From the IMG/VR virus record IMGVR_UViG_3300036715_000569, positions 1-61,085 of that record: 61,085 nucleotides of DNA. One strand, 5' to 3'. This DNA comes from a virus (lineage: Duplodnaviria > Caudoviricetes). Below the pieces are notes generated by a model. The model made no database searches, was not told the origin of the DNA, and was given only the letters and a program-made list of their open reading frames with translations. Below are positions 10,651-21,520 of this stretch, piece after piece. How positions within the stretch are numbered: the first letter of the stretch is position 1; each line of letters opens with the position of its first letter. The position numbers were made by a program, and so were the translations under genes.

Positions 10651-11289
10651 ATGGCTATGGCAAATAAACTGTACGAGTACTTGTCCTTTGACAAGGCACA
10701 CGTTCAACTTCTAGAAGAAGATAATAAACAAGGTGGTAAAGATCTTTGTATGAAAGGGATCTTTATTCAAGGTGACGTAAGGAACCAGAATCAGCGTGTT
10801 TATCCTGTTCGTGAAATTACCCGTGCCGTTAATTCTATTACTGAAAAGTTAAGTAGTGGTCAATCAGTTATGGGAGAGCTCGACCATCCGGAAGAGCTTT
10901 CAATTAACTTAGACCGCGTGGCTCATCTAATTACAGAAATGTGGATGGATGGTGCTGATGGATACGGTAAGTTGAAGATAGTCCCAACTCCGATGGGCAA
11001 CATTGTAAAGACATTGTTACAGTCGGGCGCAAAGTTAGGCGTATCTTCCCGTGGTTCTGGAAATGTAAATGACGATGGTACTGTTTCAGATTTTGAAATT
11101 ATTACTGTTGACATTGTTGCGCAACCAAGCGCACCAAACGCATTTCCTAGAACAATATATGAAAGTTTATTTAACATGAAGGGTGGTTCCCGAGTTATTG
11201 TTACCGCAAGGGAAGCATTAACAGAGGCATCTGCTCAAAGACAACTTGTTAAAGACCTTCAAAGATTTATTCAAGAGTTAAAAATTTAG
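10651..11289 (+). CDS. Prohead protease (T4 gp21-like)
   Basis: NQNQRVYP, GELDHP, GVSSRGSG, DIVAQPSAPNA. Confidence 0.95.
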   Translation: MAMANKLYEYLSFDKAHVQLLEEDNKQGGKDLCMKGIFIQGDVRNQNQRVYPVREITRAVNSITEKLSSGQSVMGELDHPEELSINLDRVAHLITEMWMDGADGYGKLKIVPTPMGNIVKTLLQSGAKLGVSSRGSGNVNDDGTVSDFEIITVDIVAQPSAPNAFPRTIYESLFNMKGGSRVIVTAREALTEASAQRQLVKDLQRFIQELKI

Positions 11290-11300
11290 GAGAACTCAAG

Positions 11301-12425
11301 ATGGCAAAAAAAATTGATGAACTCTTGAGCGAAAGCGTTGGACTATCCGAAGATACTAGAAACCAGATCGTTGGTTTGTGGGAATCTAGACTATCCGAAG
11401 CTCGTGAAGAAGTTGCTGCAACACTCCGCGAGGAATTTGCACGTAAGTTCGAACACGACAAGGGTGTGCTAGTTGAATCGATGGATCGTTTCTTAACTGA
11501 TAAAGTCCGCGTTGAACTCGAGGAATTCGCTGATGACAAGCGAAAACTTGTCGCAGAACGTATTGCCTACAAAGGTAAAATCGTTGAACACACAGGCATG
11601 TTGAACAAATTTGTAACAGAAGCTGTAGCAAAAGAGATGAAAGAATTCTATGCTGAAAAGAAAGCAATGAAGGAAAATTTTGGTAAACTAGAAAACTTCT
11701 TATTGAAACAACTTGCCGAAGAAATTCGTGAGTTCCGTTCAGATAAGAAATCTTTGGTAGAACAAAAAGTCAAAATGGTTACAGAAGGAAAACAAAAATT
11801 ACACGAAACAAAGACACAGTTTATTAAGCGCGCCGCTCAAATCATCGAGTCAAACATTGAAAGAACTTTACGTAATGAAATCGGTCAATTCAAGGAAGAC
11901 ATTCGTGTTGCCCGTGAAAACGATTTTGGTCGTAAGATTTTCGAAAGTGTGGCAGCTGAATTCATGACTTCATACCTTAACGAAGGTACAGAACTGAAAA
12001 AGCTTCAAAAAGTTGTCGAATCTAAAAATACAAAAATTGCTTCATTGACAGAATCTGTTAAGAAGAGCAGTGGACTTATGGAAAGATTAGACGGTAAATT
12101 GAAAGCAACTCAGGACTTGGTCGAAAGACAAAAAGTTATGAGTGAATTACTAGCACCATTGTCTAAGGACAAGAAGTCGGTAATGAAAGAATTACTTGAA
12201 TCGGTACAGACAAAGAATTTGCAAGGTCAATATAACAAATATTTGCCAAGCGTTCTAAATGAAGCTGTCGCATGTAAACCTGTTGCTGCAAGGCCACAGT
12301 TGAACGAAGCAACATTGTCATCCAATACAGGTAATAGAGTGAAGGTCACTCAGAATGAAGAGTCGGGTGATTCTTCGGAATTAAATCATATCTTGTCCTT
12401 AGCCGGCATTAGAAAAGTAAACTAG
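11301..12425 (+). CDS. Prohead scaffolding protein (T4 gp22-like)
   Basis: Coiled-coil, E/K-rich; between protease and capsid gene. Confidence 0.85.
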   Translation: MAKKIDELLSESVGLSEDTRNQIVGLWESRLSEAREEVAATLREEFARKFEHDKGVLVESMDRFLTDKVRVELEEFADDKRKLVAERIAYKGKIVEHTGMLNKFVTEAVAKEMKEFYAEKKAMKENFGKLENFLLKQLAEEIREFRSDKKSLVEQKVKMVTEGKQKLHETKTQFIKRAAQIIESNIERTLRNEIGQFKEDIRVARENDFGRKIFESVAAEFMTSYLNEGTELKKLQKVVESKNTKIASLTESVKKSSGLMERLDGKLKATQDLVERQKVMSELLAPLSKDKKSVMKELLESVQTKNLQGQYNKYLPSVLNEAVACKPVAARPQLNEATLSSNTGNRVKVTQNEESGDSSELNHILSLAGIRKVN

Positions 12426-12436
12426 GAGAAATTATA

Positions 12437-13609
12437 ATGGCAACAAAGCTATTTGAATCAAACTGGGGTGCGACAAAGTCAGCCCTTTTAGAAGGTCTTA
12501 CAGGTAATCGCCGTCAGTCTATGGATGTTGTTTTTGAAAATACACGTAGATATTTGTCAGAATCTGCTTCCGCAGGCGCAACACAAGCAGGTAACATCGC
12601 TGTACTTAACAAAGTTATGCTTCCGTTAATTCGTCGTGTTATGCCTACAGTTATTGCGAATGAAATTATGGGTGTTCAACCTATGACAGGTCCAGTAGGA
12701 CAAATCCACACATTGCGTGTTCGTTATGCGAACACAGCAGCTGGCGTAACAGCTGGTACAGAAGCACTTGGTCCATTTGAAATTGCTAACGCATATTCAG
12801 GTAACGAAGTTGCTGCTGATCCTGCCGCTGCTTCAACAGCACGTTTGGAAGGTGTTCCAGGTAACAAATTGAGCATCCAAATCTTGAAAGAAACTGTCGA
12901 AGCTAAGACACGTAAATTGTCAGCTCGTTGGACTTTTGAAGCAGCACAAGATGCAAATGCCATCCACGGTATTGACATCGAAGCTGAAATCATGCAAGCA
13001 CTTGCACAAGAAATCACTGTTGAAATCGACCAAGAAATGTTGTTTAAATTGGGTAGCTTAGTTCCAGTTGCTCCAACAACATTTAACCAAGCAGCAGTAT
13101 CAGGTACAGCAACTTATGTTGGTGACGAAATGGCTGCTCTTGCAGTTATGATTAACCAACAAGCTAACTTGATCGCAGCACGTACACGTCGTGGCGCAGC
13201 TAACTGGTGTGTTGTCAGCCCAACAGCTTTGACAATTCTTCAGTCTGCTACTACTTCATCGTTTGCACGTACTACAGAAGGCACTTTCGAAGCTCCTACA
13301 AACACTAAGTTTGTTGGTACATTGAATAGCACAATGCGCGTATATGTAAACCAGTACGCTGGTGATGGCGATGCAGTATTGTTGGGTTATAAAGGCCCAA
13401 CAGAAACAGATGCAGCAGCTTACTACTGCCCATATATTCCTTTGATGAGCGTTGGTCCAGTTATGGATCCACAAACATTTGAACCAGTCGTTTCGTTTAT
13501 GACTCGTTATGGATATTTGGAACTTACTAACACAGCAAACAGCTTCGGTAACGCAGCTGACTATTTGTCGAAAGTGGGCATCAACAGCGGTACGCTCAAG
13601 TTTTATTAA
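12437..13609 (+). CDS. Major capsid protein (T4 gp23-like)
   Basis: GVQPMTGPVGQI, AKTRKLSARWT, YCPYIPL, FMTRYG. Confidence 0.97.
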   Translation: MATKLFESNWGATKSALLEGLTGNRRQSMDVVFENTRRYLSESASAGATQAGNIAVLNKVMLPLIRRVMPTVIANEIMGVQPMTGPVGQIHTLRVRYANTAAGVTAGTEALGPFEIANAYSGNEVAADPAAASTARLEGVPGNKLSIQILKETVEAKTRKLSARWTFEAAQDANAIHGIDIEAEIMQALAQEITVEIDQEMLFKLGSLVPVAPTTFNQAAVSGTATYVGDEMAALAVMINQQANLIAARTRRGAANWCVVSPTALTILQSATTSSFARTTEGTFEAPTNTKFVGTLNSTMRVYVNQYAGDGDAVLLGYKGPTETDAAAYYCPYIPLMSVGPVMDPQTFEPVVSFMTRYGYLELTNTANSFGNAADYLSKVGINSGTLKFY

Positions 13610-13661
13610 TCAAATTGGAAAGAATCTAAACAATTCTTTCTTACAGATTACAAAACAAAAC

Positions 13662-13690
13662 AAAAAAGCTCCGATTAAGGAGCTTTTTTC
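13662..13690. terminator. Bidirectional intrinsic terminator
   Basis: aaaaaagctcc-gattaa-ggagctttttt between convergent genes. Confidence 0.8.
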
Positions 13691-13694
13691 TTGA

Positions 13695-15143
13695 CTAGAG
13701 TTGTCGAACCCACACAGATTGACCACAGTCCCAATATCGTCTGTACTTAGCAAGAAACATATTTTCAGATTCTGATTTCGTAGAATCGAACGTAGGTAAC
13801 CATTTACTTAATTGCGATTTTTGACATTTAAACCGTGATATAGGATAGTTACCATCGGTCCAAAAATATCCCGGAGTAACAGCCTTTGATAACTCAAACC
13901 CTAAATTTTTATAAGAATTGCCATTAAATTTACTCATATCGCAATAAGAAACAATTGTTTTATTTGTATAAAATTTTATAATTTGATTAAATAATCGTTG
14001 TGTACCACCCACAACGATGCAATTTATTTTGGTGCATAATCTCAATAATTCAATGTCTGCATTACTAGAAAATCTAGATTTACCTATAGTCATTAACATA
14101 TACAATTCGTTATTAAAATATAACCCAATCGCATTAGATGATGTTATATAGCCTTGTAAATGATTTTTATTCAAAAATTCTTTCTCATCATTCTTTGATA
14201 CATCACGTATTGTAAACTTTCTAGCGTACATCTTAGAAGCCAACCCTAATTTTGTTTTAATTATTGATTTGATAATATCGGGTTTATTAATCCATTCGAA
14301 ATCGGTTATTTGGATAAGATCTACATTATTTAATTTAGCTAAATCTGTCTTATCTTTATGTTTATTTTTATTTTCAATAAGCGGGGTATGTGTACAATAT
14401 GGATTATGTGAGTGCCAATATAATCCATTTAGTTCTATGCCAAACTTATGAGACGGAATATACACATCTATTTCTTTAGACCCTAATGTAGCCCAGTCGC
14501 TGTGTGTATATTGTATATTGATACTATCTAAAAAATTACAAATTTCTTTTTCTTGAATTGAATAGTTAGTTCTTTGACGAATAGTAAATCCGTGTTTTTT
14601 ACAATATTCTCCCACTGTACTATAATATACGTTTAGGTCTTGTGCTATTTCTGTTAGAGATTTTTGATTATCGATATATTCTTTTTGCATCCACAGCCTA
14701 TCATTTAGTAATATTTCATTCTCCGGTGTAAGTTTAGATTTTGATAGTATTGTTCTGACTTCGGGTCTTTGTAAACTAAACGGTACTCCAAATTTTGCAA
14801 TCATTGTATTTTCTCTTTTGGCATTTATTGTTAAATTTTCTTCTTTAGTCGTTAGGCTTTTAGTTTTAGAAACATTTATTGATATAGAATTGGCAGTGCA
14901 TTTACATTTATTCGCAGGACCACAACCGACCCATCCTTCAGATATCCGATTAACAGTTTTTTTATTACCAAATTCGCATACGTTAGATTCGTTATGTAAT
15001 GCAGAATATATAATTTCGGGATAGTGCATTGAGTCAGATAAAGTATTCTCTTGAACCCACTTAGCTAGTTCGTTATCTTTCTTTATAAACGTCGAATAGT
15101 GTTTCGGTTTGTCTTTTATTATTTCTAATATTTTATTTCTCAT
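13695..15143 (-). CDS. Hef-like free-standing homing endonuclease (PD-(D/E)xK domain plus GNAT-like C-terminus)
   Basis: EIDVYIP..GIELNGLYWHS; NHLQG; ELLRLC; WDCGQ. Confidence 0.7.
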   Translation of the reverse strand: MRNKILEIIKDKPKHYSTFIKKDNELAKWVQENTLSDSMHYPEIIYSALHNESNVCEFGNKKTVNRISEGWVGCGPANKCKCTANSISINVSKTKSLTTKEENLTINAKRENTMIAKFGVPFSLQRPEVRTILSKSKLTPENEILLNDRLWMQKEYIDNQKSLTEIAQDLNVYYSTVGEYCKKHGFTIRQRTNYSIQEKEICNFLDSINIQYTHSDWATLGSKEIDVYIPSHKFGIELNGLYWHSHNPYCTHTPLIENKNKHKDKTDLAKLNNVDLIQITDFEWINKPDIIKSIIKTKLGLASKMYARKFTIRDVSKNDEKEFLNKNHLQGYITSSNAIGLYFNNELYMLMTIGKSRFSSNADIELLRLCTKINCIVVGGTQRLFNQIIKFYTNKTIVSYCDMSKFNGNSYKNLGFELSKAVTPGYFWTDGNYPISRFKCQKSQLSKWLPTFDSTKSESENMFLAKYRRYWDCGQSVWVRQL

Positions 15144-15270
15144 TTATTGGCCTTTGATGTAACAGCTTATTACTTAATATTTAGTATTTATACTTTATAA
15201 CATACACATATCCTAGTGTCAACTTATCGATAACTTTCTGATAAATATATGAAACGGTAGGTATACAACT

Positions 15271-17127
15271 ATGGCTCAAAAAATTAAAGTTCAAGACGGT
15301 AATATTCTTTATGTAGCAAGCGATTCTACTTACGATGTAAATTTCGGCATTAATGGATTACTAACAGTTACCAAAGAAATTATGGTGGGCGATATAGCGC
15401 TCGGCCTCGGCACGATAACAACATCACCTGCACAAAATTTAACTATAACGACAGGATTGGGTGCTAACTTACTGTTGCAACCAGACGCAGCACTAATTCT
15501 TAACGGTGTGCAATGGCCGGTCGCACCTATATCGACATCGCCGGGTTCATATTTAGGCGCATCGGCATTAAATACTTTAGAATTTTATTCCTTTGTTTTT
15601 GCATCTTCGGTTAGTGATTCTTTAACACCTGGTTTAAATCCAATAACAGGCCTTGATTTTTTATATCCTACTATCCAGCCGGGCCAGGTAGTTGTTGGGC
15701 CAACCGTTGTATATGATAATGTTGGTACAAATCAGTGGCGTATATTACAGCCAAGATTAGGATATACGCCGGTTAATATAGCTGGTGATACAATGACCGG
15801 TTACTTAATGTTAAATGCTGATCCTACCACAGGACTTGGCGCAGTAACTAAACAATATGTTGATCAGATTTCTACTGGCATTAATATTCATGGATCGGTA
15901 GAAACTTCGACAACACCATTAAATAATTTAACACCGAATTCGTATACAAACGGTAGCTCCGGTGGCGGATTTGATCTAGGTGGTCAAGGTGTTGGTGCAA
16001 CACTTACATCTGTTAGTAATGTTTATATAAACACACTAGGTATTGGCGGAGATACATCGATTAGTGTAGGTAGTAGGATATTAGTTAAAGATCAGACGAA
16101 TATTATCGAAAATGGTGTATATACTGTTACAAATTTAGGTGCCGAAGATCCGGGCGGATTTCAGTGGATGTTAACTCGCGCAACTGATTATGATAATAGT
16201 CAGGCTAATGAAGTTCGTGCAGGTGATGTGATATATATACAAGAAGGAACATTAAGTGGTACTCAGTGGGTGCAGACTAGTACAGGCACCGGCCAGTCGA
16301 ACGCAACAATTATCGGAACCGATAATATTACATTTACACAATTCTCCGGTGTCGGTGCAATAACTAGCGGACCCGGTATTGACGTTACTGGTAATGTTAT
16401 CTCTAATACAGGTGTTATATCAAATATAGCAAGTACAGGTATTTCTATATCTGGAGCAACTGGTGCAGTTACTATTACTAATACCGGCGTTACTTCGTTA
16501 ACAACTAATACTGGTTTAAGCACGAACGTGAGTGCAACTGGTGCAGTTACTATTACTAATACAGGTGTATTATCATTTAATACGCGCACAGGAGCAATAA
16601 CGTTAACAAGTTTAGATGTAACAACTGCATTAGGATATACGCCTGGTAGTGGTAGTGGAACAGTTTCTAGTATAGGGATGACAGTTCCTGCCTTCCTATC
16701 AGTTTCACCCTCGCCTATTACAACATCGGGCACATTTGCAGTTACTTTATCAGGGACAGCGTTACCTATTGCAAACGGTGGTACCGGCCAAACAACTGCT
16801 AATGCAGCAATTAACGCACTGGTCCCCGATCAAACTGCTAATGGCGGAAAATTATTAACTACAGACGGTACTAACACATCGTGGGCTAATCAAATATGGT
16901 TATCACCGACTAGTTCTGTAGCAATCGGCCCAGCAGTTACGGCACCCGAATTATCAACAACGGCGACAGATGGATTCTTTTATATTCCGTCATGTGCAGG
17001 TGTACCTACAGGAGTTCCGACAAATATTCCGGGCAGAGCACCGATGGTAATAGATAGCGTTAATAATAGATTATACATATATGCAGGAGGATCTTGGATA
17101 GCTCTTAACCTTGCAGTTTATTCTTAG
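15271..17127 (+). CDS. Virion structural / fibre protein
   Basis: G/T-rich; AVTKQYVD; RILVKDQ..ENGVY..LTRATD module. Confidence 0.7.
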   Translation: MAQKIKVQDGNILYVASDSTYDVNFGINGLLTVTKEIMVGDIALGLGTITTSPAQNLTITTGLGANLLLQPDAALILNGVQWPVAPISTSPGSYLGASALNTLEFYSFVFASSVSDSLTPGLNPITGLDFLYPTIQPGQVVVGPTVVYDNVGTNQWRILQPRLGYTPVNIAGDTMTGYLMLNADPTTGLGAVTKQYVDQISTGINIHGSVETSTTPLNNLTPNSYTNGSSGGGFDLGGQGVGATLTSVSNVYINTLGIGGDTSISVGSRILVKDQTNIIENGVYTVTNLGAEDPGGFQWMLTRATDYDNSQANEVRAGDVIYIQEGTLSGTQWVQTSTGTGQSNATIIGTDNITFTQFSGVGAITSGPGIDVTGNVISNTGVISNIASTGISISGATGAVTITNTGVTSLTTNTGLSTNVSATGAVTITNTGVLSFNTRTGAITLTSLDVTTALGYTPGSGSGTVSSIGMTVPAFLSVSPSPITTSGTFAVTLSGTALPIANGGTGQTTANAAINALVPDQTANGGKLLTTDGTNTSWANQIWLSPTSSVAIGPAVTAPELSTTATDGFFYIPSCAGVPTGVPTNIPGRAPMVIDSVNNRLYIYAGGSWIALNLAVYS

Positions 17128-17176
17128 TCGAAAGGTGATAAATAATGAAAACACTGAAAAGTAATGGAAATTCGAC

Positions 17177-18397
17177 ATGGTAATTAAAGTAAGTACACTG
17201 CTAAGTCATAATACTAAACTAATTCTCGACTCGTCTCCTACTCTCGGCGGATCCTTAAATACTGATAATTTTCCTATTGTAAATAGCGGTAATCCCGTAA
17301 CTATTACAGGAAACGATTATCCTACAACAACTGGATTAGCAGGACAAGTTTTAACAACGAACGGTATGGGTATGTTGTCGTGGACATCAAACGGTTCAGG
17401 CTCAGTAACATCGGTTGGATTAACAAGTTCGGGTAGTTCTATAACTATTTCCGGTATACCTAATCCTATCACGACATCTGGCACATTTAATGTAGATTTA
17501 CCTTTGTCTGGTGTAGTGCCTACTACTTATGGATCGTCGTCTTCTGTGGGTGTATTTACTGTAAATTCACATGGTATTACAACATCGGCATCGAATACTG
17601 CTATCAGCATAACACCCGCCGCAGCTGGGCTAGGAAATGTAACAAATTCTTTGCAAGTTATTAATCTTGGTGGCGCACCAAGTATGCAAGAGGGGTTGGG
17701 CATTCCTATCGCATCAGCAAATGTAGGCGCAGTATATATAGATCGTTCAGTAACAAACGGTAATGGAATTTATTTTTATGATGGTGTAGCTTGGCAAGTA
17801 GTTGCACAGAAACTTAATTTATATAATGAAAAATCTTCAGTATTTACCGCACCTGTAGCACAAGGCACAAATTCGATTGCATTAGGCGAAGGTGCTCAAA
17901 CTACTGTATTAGGCACTGATGCACTTGCGATAGGACAATATTCGGTAGCTAGGACCCAGGGTGGTGTAGTACAAGCTAGTGGCAGATTTGCTACAAACGG
18001 CGATGCCCAAACTGGTAGATATTTGTTAAGATCTACAACTATCGATGCCACACTTACTGAATTATTTATTAATGGTACAGCAGGTGGGACAAGATTAAAA
18101 TTAACAGATGATGCAACATGGACATTTAGAATAACAGTTACAGCTCATAGAACAGATTTAAATGATGGACATGCAGGATACACAGCTTCGGGTGTAATTT
18201 ATCGAGGAGCCGGTGCTCCTACAACAAGTATTCAAGGTTCAGTTCAAAAGGTAGTATTAGCTGAATCAAATCCAACGTGGGATATAAATATAAGCGCAGA
18301 TACAGCCGATGGTTCTTTACGGGTAAGAGTTATAGGTGAAGCAGGCAAAATAATACGATGGGTCGCACTAGTAGAGACAGTTGAAATAACTAACTAA
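17177..18397 (+). CDS. Virion structural / fibre protein
   Basis: G/T/S-rich; YadA-like SIALG repeats; C-terminus RWVALVETVEITN. Confidence 0.7.
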   Translation: MVIKVSTLLSHNTKLILDSSPTLGGSLNTDNFPIVNSGNPVTITGNDYPTTTGLAGQVLTTNGMGMLSWTSNGSGSVTSVGLTSSGSSITISGIPNPITTSGTFNVDLPLSGVVPTTYGSSSSVGVFTVNSHGITTSASNTAISITPAAAGLGNVTNSLQVINLGGAPSMQEGLGIPIASANVGAVYIDRSVTNGNGIYFYDGVAWQVVAQKLNLYNEKSSVFTAPVAQGTNSIALGEGAQTTVLGTDALAIGQYSVARTQGGVVQASGRFATNGDAQTGRYLLRSTTIDATLTELFINGTAGGTRLKLTDDATWTFRITVTAHRTDLNDGHAGYTASGVIYRGAGAPTTSIQGSVQKVVLAESNPTWDINISADTADGSLRVRVIGEAGKIIRWVALVETVEITN

Positions 18398-18407
18398 GGA
18401 AAATAAG

Positions 18408-21400
18408 ATGGATTTTAATTTTGATATAGGTGCGATTTACGGTGGACTTCAATCACTAGATGTCACAACATTACCGCCACTAGGTGGACAAGCAGGCGTT
18501 CTTACTATCATAGGTACAGGCGCTATAACATTACCAAAAGGTATTACTTCGGAAGAACCGGCTAGTCCTGTTAGTGGAATGTTCCGTTACAATACTGACT
18601 TTAACGGATTAGAATACTTTGATGGAACTGTATGGCAGCAACTTTCATTTGCATCTGGAGCAGTTTCTAGTTTCAAGTTAACTGACAGTTCGACTACACC
18701 GATTTATACAACTTCGCCGACAGTATCTGCTACTGGGGTGATAGCAGCAACAATAACTCTTAGCTCGCAAAGTGCTAACCGTATTTTTGCAGGACCTGCT
18801 TCAGGTTCCCCGGCAGAGCCCACTTTCCGTGCATTAGCAACATTAGACATACCTCCTGTATCTAACTTATCGGGCGGGCTTGCAGGTACAGTCCCATATC
18901 AATCTGCACCGAATGTAACATCATTTACAACTGTCGGTACAACAGGACAAATTTTAACATCAAATGGTTCTGGCGCTCCGACGTGGAATACATTATCTGA
19001 TTCAGCAGTTACATCATTTAGTGCTGGTACAACTGGGTTTACACCAGCTACAGCAACAACTGGTGCAGTTACATTAGCAGGAATTCTTTCACTTGTTAAC
19101 GGTGGTACAAACAGTGGAAATACAGGTTCTAATGGATCCATTATGTATAATAATGGAACACAGATTGTTAACAGCACTGTTGGTTCAAACAACCAGGCAT
19201 TATTATCCTCTGGCGCAGGTGCTCCGACATGGTTAACAGTTTCGAGCACACTAACAACAAATGAAATCTTACAAGGCGATGGTGCTGGAGCATTTACTGC
19301 GAATGGTGCAATATTTGCAGGCTCTCCTACATATTCCGGTGTAACATTAAACGGTGTAGTAACAAACTCGACAGATGCAGTTACAAAAGAATATGTCGAC
19401 GGATTAACAAACGGACTTTCTTGGAAACAAGCAGTTCGCGCAGGCACAACTGTAGCAGGCACTCTTGCTACTTCATTTGCAGCAGGTCAGACACTAGATA
19501 CTACATATACATTAGTATTAGGAGATCGTATCCTTGTTAAGAATCAAACAACAGCATCAGAAAACGGTATTTATATTGTTACTGCTGGTACACCGACACG
19601 CTCGTTGGATGCAAATTCAACATTTGAATTAACTGGTGCAGCAGTTTATGTTGACACGGGTTCCATTAATGCTAACACAGCATGGACACAAGTAACATTA
19701 GATCCAGTTATTGGCACAAATCCTATTGTGTGGGCTCAATTCTCCGGCCAAGGAACATATACAGCTGGCGCAGGTTTAGCCCTATCTGGCGGACAATTTA
19801 GTGTCAAAACAGATGCAGTTACAACATATATCGACGGCAGTAATAATGTAGCAGTTCTATCGTCAACAACACTTGACCAAGTTTTGTTATCACAAGGTAC
19901 TGGTAATACAGCAATATGGGGTGCATTGACACTCGGAAATAGTAATTCTGTTTCAGGAATATTAGCAGTAGTAAATGGCGGTACAGGCGCAACAACATTT
20001 ACAACTGATGGCGTTCTATACGGTAATGGTACAAGTGCTATTCAGTCAACAGCGGCAGGAACAAATGGTCAAGTATTAACAGTTACCGGTGGTGTTCCAG
20101 CGTGGGGCACTAATGCAGTTTCGTTAGCAGCAGACACTGGAACAGGTTCTATTGCGCTCGGCGGAACATTAACTATCGATGGTACAACGAATCGTATTTC
20201 TACAACAGCTACAGGATCTACATTCTCGGTTGATATTTCGACAGCTTATGTTGGTCAAGCAAGTATTACAACACTCGGGACTGTAACAACTGGTACATGG
20301 AATGCAACATCGATAGGTGCAGCTTATGGCGGTACAGGCCAAACTACTTACACAGTTGGTGCAACTCTGTACGCAGATACAACAACTTCATTAGCACAAC
20401 TTCCGATTGGAACAGCTGGACAAATCTTGACAGTGGTTGCTGGTATTCCTAGTTGGACAACTATCTCAACTGAAGCAGTTACTACATTCCAAACAAGTTT
20501 ATCTGGACTGACACCGAGCACACCTACCATGGGCGCAGTTACATTAGCTGGTACATTAGGTTTTGCAAGCGGTGGCACAGGTTTATCAACATTAGGCACA
20601 GCAAATCAGTTCTTAAGTGTAAATGCTGGCGCAACTGCAATTGAATATAAAACAATTTCGGCAGGAACAGGTATTTCTGTAACTCCTGGAGCCGGCGTTC
20701 TTACTATTGCAAACACTGGTGTAACATCCGTTGGATTCTCCGATTTATCGACAACTCCGATTTATACTGTCGCTGGTTCACCTGTAACAACAACAGGAAC
20801 ATTATCAGTAACATTAAATTCGCAAACAGCTAATACAGTATTTGCAGCACCAAACGGAAGTGCAGGTCAACCTGGATTCAGAGCATTAGTGCTTGACGAT
20901 TTAAGCGGAGCATTACAACTTTACAAGGAAAATGCAACAGCACCAGTGACACCGATAGCAACAGGTACTAATTCGGTTGCAATTGGTAATGGTGCAACAG
21001 CTTCGGCAACAAATGCGTTTGCTGAAGGCGAAGGTTCTGATGCACGTATATATGGTCAGAAAGCTTATGCAAATGGTAGTTTTGCTACAGCAGGTGATGC
21101 ACAGCACGGATTGTATGTATTACGTAACCAAACAACAACTGGCACAACTTATACTGAATTATTCCTAGATGGCGTAGCAGCAACTAAGCGTTTAGTTATA
21201 GCAGATAATTCAGTTTATGTATTCGATATTCTTGTTGCAGGTCGACGTACAGATGCAACTGGTGGCGGCGCAGGATATAGATTTGTAGGCATTGCGAAAA
21301 AAGACACAACAGCGGGATCAATGACATTCATTGGCTCACCATCTAAGACTATATTAGGTGAAACAAATACTCAATGGGATGCAAGAGTTACAGCAAACAC

Positions 21401-21494
21401 TACAACAGGGTCAATACTGATCGAAGTTCGTGGTGAAGATCTTAAAGATATAAACTGGGTAGCTACAGTTCAGACAACAGAAGTAACTAACTAA
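18408..21494 (+). CDS. Long tail-fibre-like protein
   Basis: 1028 aa G/T-rich; GMFRYN; RILVKNQ module; C-terminus WVATVQTTEVTN. Confidence 0.75.
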   Translation: MDFNFDIGAIYGGLQSLDVTTLPPLGGQAGVLTIIGTGAITLPKGITSEEPASPVSGMFRYNTDFNGLEYFDGTVWQQLSFASGAVSSFKLTDSSTTPIYTTSPTVSATGVIAATITLSSQSANRIFAGPASGSPAEPTFRALATLDIPPVSNLSGGLAGTVPYQSAPNVTSFTTVGTTGQILTSNGSGAPTWNTLSDSAVTSFSAGTTGFTPATATTGAVTLAGILSLVNGGTNSGNTGSNGSIMYNNGTQIVNSTVGSNNQALLSSGAGAPTWLTVSSTLTTNEILQGDGAGAFTANGAIFAGSPTYSGVTLNGVVTNSTDAVTKEYVDGLTNGLSWKQAVRAGTTVAGTLATSFAAGQTLDTTYTLVLGDRILVKNQTTASENGIYIVTAGTPTRSLDANSTFELTGAAVYVDTGSINANTAWTQVTLDPVIGTNPIVWAQFSGQGTYTAGAGLALSGGQFSVKTDAVTTYIDGSNNVAVLSSTTLDQVLLSQGTGNTAIWGALTLGNSNSVSGILAVVNGGTGATTFTTDGVLYGNGTSAIQSTAAGTNGQVLTVTGGVPAWGTNAVSLAADTGTGSIALGGTLTIDGTTNRISTTATGSTFSVDISTAYVGQASITTLGTVTTGTWNATSIGAAYGGTGQTTYTVGATLYADTTTSLAQLPIGTAGQILTVVAGIPSWTTISTEAVTTFQTSLSGLTPSTPTMGAVTLAGTLGFASGGTGLSTLGTANQFLSVNAGATAIEYKTISAGTGISVTPGAGVLTIANTGVTSVGFSDLSTTPIYTVAGSPVTTTGTLSVTLNSQTANTVFAAPNGSAGQPGFRALVLDDLSGALQLYKENATAPVTPIATGTNSVAIGNGATASATNAFAEGEGSDARIYGQKAYANGSFATAGDAQHGLYVLRNQTTTGTTYTELFLDGVAATKRLVIADNSVYVFDILVAGRRTDATGGGAGYRFVGIAKKDTTAGSMTFIGSPSKTILGETNTQWDARVTANTTTGSILIEVRGEDLKDINWVATVQTTEVTN

Positions 21495-21520
21495 TTAACT
21501 AACTAACAGGAAATAATGAC